A stretch of 64,000 bases of DNA from Microbotryum violaceum (lineage: Eukaryota): positions 124,001 through 188,000 of the forward strand of contig CDLV01000019.1 of assembly GCA_001244265.2 (NCBI GenBank), read 5' to 3'. Positions 37,601 to 49,520 of this stretch are shown piece by piece. Position 1 is the first letter of the stretch; every line of letters starts with the position of its first letter. The notes beneath the pieces were generated by a model, which saw only the letters and a list, made by a program, of their open reading frames with translations, did no database searches and was not told the origin of the DNA. The position numbers and the translations under genes were made by a program.

Positions 37601-39104
37601 GCCAAACGTACGACGGCACACGACCCGTAAAGCGACTTACCGACGTTCGTTGGCCCGAGTTGACACAAGGACACCGAATTGGGTCGAATGAGGTGCGTAT
37701 CACTCATAGTCCGAGCCTAGCTGAGGTGGAACGTTCTAAAGTAGTAGAGCAATGTCCTGCATCCGAGACTAAAAAGAGCCAGAGTCAGGCCCTGCGTTGT
37801 CTGGGAGTGAGTGCTGGACTAAGAGGTCAACTTGAGAGCGAGAGAGTGAGGGAGTAGGGCACGAGGAACTTGGATGCCAGACAGGTGCCCGTGGCAGCCC
37901 GTGGCCGGTTGCCAAGGGCGACCAACGGGCGCGCAGAGCGAGTCGAAAGGCGAGTGCGGTGTGAATCACTCCCTCTTACTAGAACCAACTATGCTCGCTC
38001 GCAACATCGCCTGTTGCTCGCTCGAAACTCCAAAAATTTTGCTTTCCCGCCCACCCCCCCGGTTTGCCTCCCCTTGCTTGCGCTGCCCCGCCGGTTTCTT
38101 CGCGGGGCCGTGTCGTGAGGGAATTCGCCCCCAAGCCCAAACCAAAGCCATTTATTATATATTATTTATGTTCATCAATAGAGATCGGCACAAACGTCGT
38201 TCAGTCGGAGACTGTTCGTCGTATTACTTGGCCGACACGAGACGCTCGACGAGCACCAAGCGCCAAGCGCCTGGCAGCCGTGGCGCATGGCCGGTTGCCA
38301 AAGGCGACCAACGGGCGCGCCGAGCGAGACGAAAGGCGAGTGCGGTGAGTCACTCCCTCTCGCTAGAACCAGCTGTTCTCGCTCGCAACATCGCCTGTTG
38401 CTCGCTCGAAACTTCAGAAATTTTTACTTTCCACACCTTTCCGTACCAACAAACCTCTTTCTCCCCTCATTCTCGTTCCAACTCGAGCAGATGTCTCACT
38501 CGCGGCGATCTCCATACCCAGTGTCGGAGATCAAGCTCGGAGACGGCGAGACCGTCGCCCCACCCCCGGTGGTGCTGGCCGAGCTGGCCGACCTGTGGGG
38601 CCTGGCGGACTTGTTGGTGCTGGTACTGGCGGGCCTGGTGCCAGTGCTAGTGCTCTTGGTGCCGCTGATGCGTGTGCGAATGCATCTGGTGGTGGAGCGG
38701 GTCCGCACGACCTAGTGCTAGCCTCTTTCGGTCACGAACTCTACATGAGTTTCCAGGCGGGAGCATCGGACTCCCACAAGAAGTCTTTCAGTTCCTACAA
38801 CGTCACCACGTCCCACAACCGTGCCAGTTAATTTCGGCTTACACGGACTCGCCGGTCACCGTCTCGTCGGAGTTGTTTGACATCGCGCCCAACGCGGCGA
38901 CCAGAAGCGATACCATTGGGTCTGTTCACACCTGGAGCCAGCATCAAGTCTCGGCATCGTTTGCGGATCGACGTTCTTGGACCACGCACCCATTCGTCCC
39001 CGCGACGAATTCAACTCGGATGCCTTCACTCGTTCCTCGTCTGACGCCTTGTATCACAAATCTTCCAATCGCCGATGAGTTTATTCGCAATTCGCGCACC
39101 TTTC

Positions 39105-39390
39105 ATACGGCCATGTTCGGCTTTAGTTCCATCACACAGCCATGTTCGGCTGTACTTCTTATGGCCATGTTTGGCTTTACTGCTTATGGCCATTTTCGGC
39201 TTTATTTCGTATGGCCCCGTCCGGCTTTACTTCTTATGGCCATGTTCGGCTTCACCTCGGCTTCACCTCTATGATATAGCCATGTTCGGCTGTATTTCAT
39301 ATGGCCACGTTTGGCTTTATTTCATATGGCCACGTTCGACTTTATTTCATATGGCCACGTTCAACTTTGTTTCATATGGCCAAATTAGGC
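39105..39390. repeat. Tandem array of ~25-bp units (ATGGCCATGTTCGGCTTTA.TTC..), about 11 copies
   Basis: ATGGCC recurs at 25-bp spacing (39161, 39186, 39211, 39236 and onward). Confidence 0.85.
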
Positions 39391-39762
39391 AATTTCATGT
39401 CTCAGATCAGATCCAGATCAGATCAATCAAGGCAGAATCAGAAAAATTCAGATCTGTCTAATCTGATCTGGCGGTGATCTGATCTAATGCGGACCCTTGC
39501 CCGGGGGGGGGGGGGGGGGGGGGGGGGGGGCTGTCCCTGGGGACTGGGGCAGCGTCAGTGGCTGCAGGCGTCGATTGGCCGTCATTGGAAGCATATGATC
39601 CTAGTCAACAGCAGCACGCATGACCTGAGAGAGCACGCTTCGGTCCATGAAGTATATCGGTTTGCTCGGCCTTCCGACTCTAGCATTGCTAGAAAAGATT
39701 ATTGCTGTGGTCTACTACTACTCGCGCCAAAGCACTGACCGGCAGACCAGTACTATAAGTAA

Positions 39763-41040
39763 TCATGAAGCTAAGCAAGGACCTCCACGGTCACCGCTCC
39801 AGATGTAACTACCCAAGACGAATACGAGAATAGCTTGTCCCAGCGTCCAGCTCAGAAAGAAATAACGGTACGCGTCGGCACGTCGAAGACTGTGCAGCTC
39901 GACCATCAAGGTGGAAACAGTGCTGAGACTGCCACAAAATCCATCTTCGAGCCCCTGCAGGGCGCTACAAGTGATAGAGGAGCTTGTTCCACCCCTTCGC
40001 TGAAGTATGGAGACGAGTGCGAACACGAGATCACTTAGGGCGTTCGCCGACAGAGTGCCGAGAGGAAGGTCCGGGGATCGCGCATTTAGATGTTTTCCCA
40101 ATTTGAAGCGCAGCAAGGTGCCCGGGGGGCCGAGCACGATTGCAAAGGTGGCGCGGTGACGCCATTGGCGAGGGCCGAGTACAAGAAGCAGAATGGCGCC
40201 GATGTAAGACCCTATGCCTAGGACGATGGCGAAGCAATGCCGCCGCATGAGCTTTTGTTGAGCACGTTCGGATCGCCGTGTGAGCTGGAGTTGCGGTAAA
40301 GCTTGGGCAATGTGGTGACCGACAACCAGTGACATGAAAGACGCAGAGAGGGTGATAACGGTGTTGGCGAAACCCGATAGAAACTAGAATACAAGCAATG
40401 TACGAGAAGCGGAGGGGCGTGGGGCAGGCGTGTCGGTCAGATGACGCCCGGGTCAAACAAGATTTGGCAGAATGGAGAACTCACGCCATGAAATCGCCCT
40501 GACGACGGGTTGTTTAGATTAGAAAATTCGGCAAAGACGTAGAACATCCATGAAGAGAACGTCGTCAACGAACCGCAAAATCCAGCCCCCACAGCACTGA
40601 ACCAGGGCATGTAACTGAAGGGAGTCGAAGAAGCTGTGGTCAGGTCATGCGTCCGCGGTTTTGGGTGTGTGCCACCGAGAAAAGAGTCGATCTACTCACA
40701 CATGCTCTACTTCCGACTTCCGACTGACGGCTACTCCCATGACCAGACAGCCCGCCATCTGCGCCCATATCAGAGGGAAGACTTGGCTCTGGGCCGCTCG
40801 GCCGATCAAGAGGAGGCCTAGCCGCGCCAGCACGCCCCAGATCGTCGCGAAGACAAGCAGCGCGTAGGTGGCGAGCCTGAACATGACGACATGGTACACC
40901 TTCGATTCCACCTCAACGACCGTTTCGAACTCGAGAGGAGTTGCTATTCGCCGCTCGGCCGACGCTACCGATCTCGACGACTCGGGAGAAGTGCCCGGGC
41001 CGTCGCTGCTTTGATCCAAGAAACGATGCTGCTGAACCAT
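39763..41040 (-). CDS. FEX1: Fluoride exporter (FEX/CrcB double-domain membrane protein), multi-exon
   Basis: Two CrcB signatures, GFCGSLTTFSSW (~40590-40550) and GFCGSLSTVST; also IWGVLARLGL and LPLGTLSAN. Confidence 0.9.
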
Positions 41041-42344
41041 CCGAGCGAATGGATGTGGGGATTGCGAGTAAGCTTGCTCCGTCAGTCTCTCGCTCAGACC
41101 GTTTCAAGGTCTGTCCCGAACTATGCGCGTGGGCAGTTGCTACGGCCCCAAGTGCCGGACGTGTGTAACCATATGTTGAAGGAGTGAAGAACTGCAGCCG
41201 GCGAGCTCAGCCGAGTCTTCGGCCTGATCGGGAATCCGAATAGTATGCGAACCTATCCGAATCCATCCGAATGACCACTTCTAGCAGGCAGCCAGGACAG
41301 GACCCCAGAAAGCCCAGCCTGAGGCGCGTAGTGCCCGACTGGACAAATTTGGGGCCTCAGATGGCCAAAATCGCGAAGGCGCGTAGTCGGGGGTGGACAA
41401 ATCAGGGCGCGCCGGTGGGGTCTAGGCCCGTAGGTGCCTGTGGACAAATCGGGGACCCATTTCAGCCACATTCGGCTTGGTACGCCAAAGTTTGCCGACC
41501 CTCAAAAACGTGCGGAGCGCGTGGGAAACACTCTGGGCTGTACCGAAGTAACAGCAAGGGCTCTAATTGTTCGATTTTGCAATTATAGCCTCTTGGCTGG
41601 TTAAACGATTTTGCAATTATAGCCACTTGGCTGGATGAACGAAAAGTCTGAGCCTTGCGCGCGTCTCTTGCCTTCCCCGCCGCGTTGCGTCGTCTGTGCC
41701 AACATCGTCATTATCCTACGTTCTCGCTTCAGTCAGCTTCGACGAAATGTATCTGGACGATCCGGATATCGAGCTCCTTGACGATGATTTTGAGCGAATG
41801 GCACCCCTTTTGGACGTCAGGGTGTCTGAGCTTCTCACCTTCCGCTTCGACAACCCAGACACGCAAATACAGCTTTCGTGGTCGACAGACGAGCCTCTCG
41901 AGTTTGATACTCTTCCTAGGCCGCTCCGCGCTTGGAGGGACAAGTTCAAGGATCGTGAAGCAATCACTGCGGCACGTAAACAAGGTTACCGGTCTATCGC
42001 TATCACCGGGCACCGGCTGCCTTTCGGTGTCGAAAGGATCTGGCGGCATATAGATTACGCCGAGCGCATGCGTTCGGTCGTTATCAATAGCTAAGAGTGG
42101 ATGAAAAGTTATCTGGGTGTCGATATCGAAAATCAGCCTCTCATCGTTAAGGCTCTGGAGGTGCTGCCGTCACTGCTCGTTGAGGACCAATATACCCTCA
42201 ATGATCCTCGGGTGTAGCGCGTCCTTGCGCACGCTGCTCGATTTCGTCGGTAAGCAGCCAATTTGTTCATTTGTTCGATCGCGTGATTGATTGGGATTAT
42301 TTTTCGTGCTTTTTCTAGGGACAACGTGACTTGGAGAAGCCGCG

Positions 42345-42965
42345 ATGGACGTTGCCATCACAAGCGTACTAGCTTCATCGCGTGTACAAGCGTCAACAGC
42401 ACCCGACAAAGTATACGGGGCATTCCCATCCGATCTCATGGCGATTTTGGTCGCTTCAAGAAAACATCAATCTGACTCCCCTCAACGTGAAGTCTTGGAC
42501 AAGTACATCTTCGCATCTCCTCTTGTCCCATATCGAACTCTCGCCGACCTTCGATCTTTCGTTAGAGCTCGCCCTCAATCGGTCTGGTTTCTCCCGCTCT
42601 GCTTTCGCGATCATTGGGCAATGGCACGTGTTGATGTTGGGCAAAGGACATGGATGCTCTTCAACTCGCTCTCGCATATTCGGATCGACAAGATTACTCG
42701 CAACTCGGCACTGGCCTTGTTTGACTACCTCGAGCTGCATATTCTCAACACTGAACCGAAGCAAGGCCGCATGGCTCAACAGGCTGACGGCTCCTCGTGC
42801 GGACCAGCGGCTATCAATGTCGTCGAAACCGAGCTTCTTTTGGTTCCACCTTTTTCGGCCGGTCGCGCTCATATCGCTCGCATTCGCCAGTTTCACCGAC
42901 TAGCAACATTCGCAACCAAATCTCAACATCTCACTCATGACTTTCCCGCGCCATTGCCGGCATAG
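42345..42965 (+). CDS. Ulp1/peptidase C48-like domain exon of the transposon protein
   Basis: FLPLCFRDHWAMARVD...LFNSL...QQADGSSCG: His-Trp, Asn in the Asp position, and Gln-x-Asp-x3-Cys-Gly as in C48 proteases. Confidence 0.8.
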   Translation: MDVAITSVLASSRVQASTAPDKVYGAFPSDLMAILVASRKHQSDSPQREVLDKYIFASPLVPYRTLADLRSFVRARPQSVWFLPLCFRDHWAMARVDVGQRTWMLFNSLSHIRIDKITRNSALALFDYLELHILNTEPKQGRMAQQADGSSCGPAAINVVETELLLVPPFSAGRAHIARIRQFHRLATFATKSQHLTHDFPAPLPA

Positions 42966-42976
42966 ACAGGAACGAG

Positions 42977-45900
42977 TTGGACGTCGAGGAGATGGCCGAG
43001 ATCGATAATGACGAGCAGACATGGTCCGGGATATGCTTCTGCTCAGATTCCGAGACGGACGACGATTGCACCACGGACGATGATTGCACCACGGACGATG
43101 ATTGCACCACGGACGACGAAACTCCGAAGTCGGGGGAATCAATCACAGCACGACGAGTCAGACTAGCCAAGGAGCATCTTAAAGACGTCGAATACTCGAA
43201 ACGGCACGGCTTCACTCGCTTCATGAAGCATCTCAACAAAAAGCCTCCGTGCACGAACATGCGCAAGATCGACCACGACTTTGCTGTTCGATCGCCCGCC
43301 GAAACAGCTGTCCAGTCGCAAGGCAAAAGCCTTGCCGATCCTCCCGCATGTCCCGGCTTAACAGGCAAGCGTGTAGAGATGTACCTCTCAAAGAGCTCTG
43401 CTCGAGGCGGAGGCGCACCATCTCGGCTAAAGCTCATCAAGAGAAGGTTCCCAAGAATTGGCAAACGTGTATTGACTCGTTCTGAACGCCGTGAGATCAA
43501 TTATCTGGAAGCGAACGAGTGGACGTGGGTGAACGATCATTCAGCACCCGAGTGAACAGTGTCAACTGTACCAGGATCGGAATGGAGTCGCAATGTGGAA
43601 CGAAATTGGAGTCTTGCGCCAAATGCAAGGCACTGCTTCGCACGAAAGCCTTCTCACAGGCGTTACATCGTCCTCGGGCTGTCGGACCCACAATCAAGTT
43701 CACGAATAAACGATTGGCTTCCGTCGAGGCTTTGATGTCAAAGGTTTTCAAGGAACACCAAGGTCTGGAGGAACTTTTGGGGACCAAGGATGGCAAGGTC
43801 TATCTTCGTTTCGCTCAAGGTTTAGTTTCCGGCGAGCTGGCTGGAGCCAACATTCTGAAAGGTATGGCAAAAGTCGCCGTGATCAAGCATAGGCGGGACG
43901 CACAAGGCAAGGACATGAGAGGCTATGTGCGAGACGAAGCTTTGCTCGACTTTGAACACGCGCTGGCTCTGGCATCTCCCACGGCGTTGCGCGTGGTGCA
44001 AAAAACTGTCGGCGGAGTCTCGATGCGCACACTTCAGCAAGTTTCAGACCTGAGCTATCCGTCATTCCTTCAGGCTACTGACGATTCTAAACCTCTCAGA
44101 CAACATCGAGCAACATTCGAAAAGCCCAAGTTCGGCTTAGATGAGCCCCACATGCAGCGCATTATCCTAAAGATCCTTTCGGATGGGAAGACCTTTAACC
44201 TCCACGTCGACGACACGAAACTGCGCCAAGTAATCAGGACAACACGGTTTTATTCGAAGGACAAGGAAGCGGAAGCTCGCCTGGGCGGGCAGAAAATCTT
44301 CCGTCACGAGCTCGTTGGCATGGTTGGCCCGCCAATCGTGTATGAAACCACGCAGGAGCTCGAGGGTATCTTTCGGGGACCGAACCCTCCAATCGCTGGC
44401 ACCAAGGTCGGTGACTATATCTGCGCAGCGCTTTGATTGATTGCTCATTTGCTGGCGCTTGTGTGGATAGGTTCGAGTGTGCATGCTTGCACCAAACGAT
44501 GTCTCTTGCCCAGCCCAATACCTTGCCGCATTCGTGATTGGCGACTCGACGAGCTCATCCGAGGCTGCGGATGAATTGGAATCAGTTATTCAATTCCTTG
44601 TCAACGCTGGGCTAGGTCATCTTCTTGCCTCCATCTCGGCGGATGGGGCGGCAAGCGAAGGCGTCTTGCAGCGCGTCATGGCAGGGCGACTTGGCGGCGA
44701 TGAGGGGTATACCGGAGAGGGGAACCGTCGGCGAGAGCTCGCACATGTCATTCCATCTCCAGGTCCCGACAAAGTCTTCCCAGCCATTCGACTGGCATCC
44801 GTTCAAGTGGGCAACACTCCAACGTGCTTCAATCGGGACGAAAAGCACTTGAGCAAAAATCTCCGCAGCGCGTGCGATTCAGGCGCCAGGGCAATATACG
44901 GCGGCACCGGATGTATCGGATATCGTGACCTGTTGACGCTGCTCAACGTCGAAGAGTCGGCGAGGACCTTGTATCTACGTGATGTAATTGGACGTGATCG
45001 TCAAGATGACAATGCGACGCATCGAGCGTTCTCCGAAGCTACTCTCGCGCTTGCTTGCCGACTTTACGAGGACGGCAAATTCGATGCCGATGCCATCGTC
45101 TTCCTCTTTCTCTGCGGCGAGCTTCACGACGCGATACATAACAGGTCCTTGCAGCCGATTGAACGTATTAAGATGCTATTGACGGTTTGTTAAACATTTG
45201 AGGGATGGTTGACCTTCGTGCGCAATCGTCCCGGGTACAACGCGCAGGCCTTTATTGCCAAGGAGACCCTGGATGGTATGCGAAAGGTCGTCAATGCAAA
45301 CATCGCCCTTATTCGGAACTACCGCGACTTTTGGCCGGAAGAAGCGTTCATACCATGGCGACATGGTACGGAGATGGTCGAGCATTTTTTTGGCGGTTTG
45401 CGCAAAGTCGTGCAAGAATTTGATGCTCTAGAATTCCTGCAGGTAAGTCATCTTTTGTTTCATGGTTTCACGTGAGCTACTGCTTGTAAAGCTTATATTT
45501 CGGGTTTTTAGTCGGCAAGCAAAGTTACTGCGCTTCTAGGACTGATGCGAAAGCTCAAGACAGAGACCGCAGACTCGCGTCAAGGCTACCATCACATGTA
45601 TGACAGGCTCGACGATCTCGACCTCGTCGCAATGCAGACTTATCCAAGCGATGAAGAGATTCGGTCCACAAGCTTGGTTGCTGCAGGACTTGCAAAAGAG
45701 CTTCTTCTTGGTCTTCGAATGTGGGATACCATACAATATCAGAAGTCCAACCAGCTAGAGGAAGATATACCGGTCAATGGTGGGTGTCGCCCAAGCTTGT
45801 GGCTTCGTTTTGAGCAAAGCTGATTGATGTCGCCCCTTCCAGCTAGTGAACCTTGGCATGTCGAGCCCGAGGACGCTGAGCCGCTTTCGTACCTCGCTGA

Positions 45901-46039
45901 CCTAGATCGGACCCTCGATGGGATCGGCACCAAAATGTGCCAAGGTCTCGTCGTGCTGGACCCGAAAGAGCGAAAGTCAGTTGAAAATGCTGTTCGCTCT
46001 TTAGCTGCTCTTGGCCTTGACAATGATGCTGCACTGTAA
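42977..46039 (+). pseudogene. P-element-type DDE transposase, intron-containing, frameshifted
   Basis: NLHVDDTKL (D1), ISADGAASE (D2), RDEKHLSKNLR (DxxH motif), TEMVEHFFGGLR (E). Single-base losses relative to copy 1 near 42950 and 43548. Confidence 0.75.
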
Positions 46040-47669
46040 GTTGAGTGCTTGAGACCTGTACCAGCCTCGTCCGAGCTGATGATACGTCTTTTTCAATTCT
46101 AGGCTTGCCGTTCAGCAGGCCTATGATGAGGCCGATGCTCAAGCAGAGGAACGCTTTCTACTCGACACCCATTGTGACAGCAAATGAAAGCTTGCCAGGT
46201 CGTGTAGGTTCATTTAAGCAGCAGTTGTTCTTGTGTAGCAACACTGAACGGAACCAGCATTCTTTCACAGGCCAAACTATTCGGCTCCCATCCCTTCTGC
46301 GTCACGAATCTCGTCAGCTTGCGCTTGATCTGAAAAGCTTGATCCAGCACCGTCGGGCACATCAATGCTTCCATCTCAGAGTTGTCCTACTCAAGGGAAG
46401 GCACGGCGCCACCACCTCGACTTCCCAAGTATCCGATCCCACATCAAAAGCAAAATTGTCCGAGCACGGTGAAATGCACTCCAGTGTCCTCCGAGGCTTC
46501 GTGCATTCAATGGGTGCAGCCCGTCTCGAAGCCATGTCAGGAGTTGCGAGGTCCTTTCGTTGGACAGGACAAGGGACCTTCAGTCGCTTTTCGACCGCAA
46601 ACAAGACAGAAAACATAGGATACATCGAAGACGGACATAAAGAAGTGAGCTGCAATTGTGGGCTCCGCACATATGGCCCAGAGAGTGCTCATCAATAATG
46701 TTCATTCTTGCCCAGGTACGGATGCAATTGCGAGCAAGGCAATACACGGCATCCGCCCAAGATCCCACCGTTTGGGTCGATTGACGGAAACGTCACGTCA
46801 GCCATGCCTTTGAAAATCGGCTCTCTTGTCTGTTTCAGATTGAAACGAGGCATCATACCTGTCAGTTGTGACGCCAGCAACATAGGAGAAGAACAATTGT
46901 CCATTGGACTTGGTTTGTGCATCTCACTGTAGCTAGCTTACTGCTTTGCAGAGTGACTGACATCGATCTTGCCTCTGGTAGTACGTTACATGTATGCCAA
47001 GGCTACGTCAAATCATTGTGACAGAGTGGAAACCAACTCCCTAGCATTACTATCGAATGTCGTCCTCCAAGAATTGCGAGTTGTCAGCAAGGGCCGTTAT
47101 TCAACGCATATGATTGACGGCACGACTCGGTTCTTTGGACTCGATGCTCGACAAATCATTCAATCCTTGGAATCATCCTCGATGCCCGCGCTCACTCTCG
47201 CACCACTGGATTCAGTTGCATACCTCGGGAGCGTGTCTTCGACTTGAGCCAGCAGGCTGAGGCAAGATTTTGTTTTCTTCGACGCTGCAACGGATTACGG
47301 GACCCTTCTGTGTCCTTGAGTAATTAAATGAAGGGCGTGAAAGATGTAGGGTCAAAAAGGAAGGCAGCAAGTGCAGGTGAGGAGCCCTCGGCGAAGCAGA
47401 ACCGAACCGGCTGACACGCGCGCGGGCTCGGGCGGGCTCCGCTGGTTCGGCTCGGGCGAAAAACGTCCGGACGGCGTTTTCGCGATTTTTGGAGATGTTT
47501 TAGAGCATTTGAAGCAATTTTAGAGCTATTTTTGAGGCGCGTAGATGGACTGGACATTCGGGCACCTTTTTGGCCGAAAAATCCAAAAATTGGTGGACAA
47601 ATAAGGTCCAAAATCCCGGATTTTCGCGGATCTTACCTACGCGCCTCAGGCTGGGCTTTCGGGGGTCCT

Positions 47670-48287
47670 CCCATGGTACGGCGCTACCCTTGCGCCCAAG
47701 ACTTGGCGAGGTTGCGATGGCCCTCCCTGGCGACCTTGGGACCGGGGCATAGTAGCGAGGGTTTGTTCTTGAATGAGTGTCACTGAAATTGGATGAGAAT
47801 GGGATGGAGAAAGGAGAGGTTCGAAGGAGTGGCGCAGGATTATTTACGTGGTTTGTTTTGTTGTTCAGCCCCTAACGCCGCTGGTCGACTGGGCAATGAC
47901 ACGGCAGGCGCGCCGCATCACGTGACAGATATTAGCCCTCGCCCCGCGCGTCAGCCGCCAGGCGGAGCTGTGCTGTAGAAGCAATGTCATGCAAAGCCAC
48001 GCGCTTGCCGTCCATTAAATGCAATATAAGTGCAAGCATTGCTTGACGTCAATTAAAAAAAGAAAGAAAATACTGGGAACGCTGTAGCTTCGTTCGATCG
48101 GCACGAAAAATAGGAAAGTCGGCACAGCGCTGGTACATGACTTCTGATCGGACCATGGACACCCCAGACAGGTGCGGCAGACACAACAGTATGCTGGTAC
48201 AGCCACCACAGGGGCCGCAACCGACTCAAAAACAGCGATTTTAGGTACATTCCTTAACTCAACTTTTTTTTTATAAAGAGGTAGTAA
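47670..48287 (-). mobile_element. Helitron 5' fragment, the target of the P-like right end
   Basis: Matches 30971-31625 from CCCATGGTAC onward. Confidence 0.85.
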
Positions 48288-49520
48288 AAGGACAAAAATG
48301 CCCTCGAAAGATAGCGAAAGGACGAAAATGCCCTCGCTTCTTTTCATGAGGACAGAAATGCCCTTCTCTAAAGGACCAAAATGCCCTCGGATTCTCGACT
48401 TCTGTAGTACCTGATATATCAGCTCATAACCAAGAGGGTAGCTTCTCGTAGTCGTTGTGATCAGCGCCGTATACTCAGAATCCCCAGAGATGCCGTGAGA
48501 ATTCATATATCACGGTTGCAAAGTCAGGGCCCTATCGTGACTGAAGCGAGTCAAGTCGAAAGCGAGCGATGAGTATATACCAAGTGAATTACATATGAAA
48601 AAGGCCAGCAGTAGTAGCATTGACAGTCTTGACGCCTTATGCTCACATTCATGATCTATCTATCTATCGCATGTAACTCGGTTGTGTCCGGGGCCTTTGC
48701 AGAGACCACAGATCGTGTCGCGCTTGGACCTCTCGTCCGCACCCCGGAGCCTGCGTTTGATCGGACGTCGTATGTGCTTGGAGAGATGTGACGGAATGAT
48801 AATGACACCCTCTTCTTCGCCATGACCTCATGACGCTCACGAGGAAGACGATGCAGTTTCCATTCGGCCCGAGATGGAACAGGTTAAAGCGGTGTCGCGT
48901 AAGTCTGCTCTTACTGTCGCCGGTGTGCAGCAGCGATCGGTGACTGTGGGCTTCATTCAAGACAATGATGGTCCAAACGCTGCATTCTCCTTTGGAGATA
49001 GCAGTGGCAGAGTAGGAGCACGGAGGATCTTGGACACTCTTGCTCACGACACGTGTCAGACTTGCGAATGTTGAGCTGAAACTGGTGATCAAGCGCATAT
49101 TGATGGCCCGCATCTGTGAGCTCCTTCTTTTCGTAGAGACTTTCCCCCTCCCTGAAAAAATGTTCCATTGTCGAAAGTCGGTGGTGACTTCGATGTCGAG
49201 GCGATAAAGCGGAAGGTGGCCAACCTCGATTTGCGAACTCGCGCGCCTCGACGCGTCGACGATCGACGAGGACCCCTGACTTTGCGACCGTGATATATGA
49301 ATTCTCACAGCATCTCTGGGTATTCTGAGTATACGGCGCTGATCACAACGACTACAAGAAGCTACCCTCTTGGTTATGAGCTGATATATCAGGTACTACA
49401 GAAGTCGAGAATCCGAGGACATTTTGGTCCTTTAGAGAAGGGCATTTCTGTCCTCATGAAAAGAAGCGAGGGCATTTTCGTCCTTTCGCTATCTTTCGAG
49501 GGCATTTTGGTACTTTTCTC
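48286..49520 (-). mobile_element. Internally deleted MULE/MuDR element with ~240-bp TIRs
   Basis: 48286-48530 is the reverse complement of ~49272-49520; terminus GAGAAAAG. FREGESLYEKKEL...YALDHQFQLNIRKSD (MuDR N-terminal domain) and CGLCKGPGHNRVTC (C-terminal knuckle). DDE core is missing. Confidence 0.85.

Larger units (their letters stand above)
41299..47669 (+). mobile_element. Near full-length DNA transposon (6.37 kb) with ~33-bp AGGACCCC TIRs encoding Ulp1-like protease and P-element-like transposase
   Basis: Left TIR AGGACCCCAGAAAGCCCAGCCTGAGGCGCGTAG; right TIR CTACGCGCCTCAGGCTGGGCTTTCGGGGGTCCT. Co-oriented ORFs lie between them. Confidence 0.9.

Noticed and set aside
39105-39390. CRISPR-like or coding repeat
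   Set aside because: Degenerate head-to-tail 25-bp units without spacers; the overlapping ORFs are repeat artefacts.
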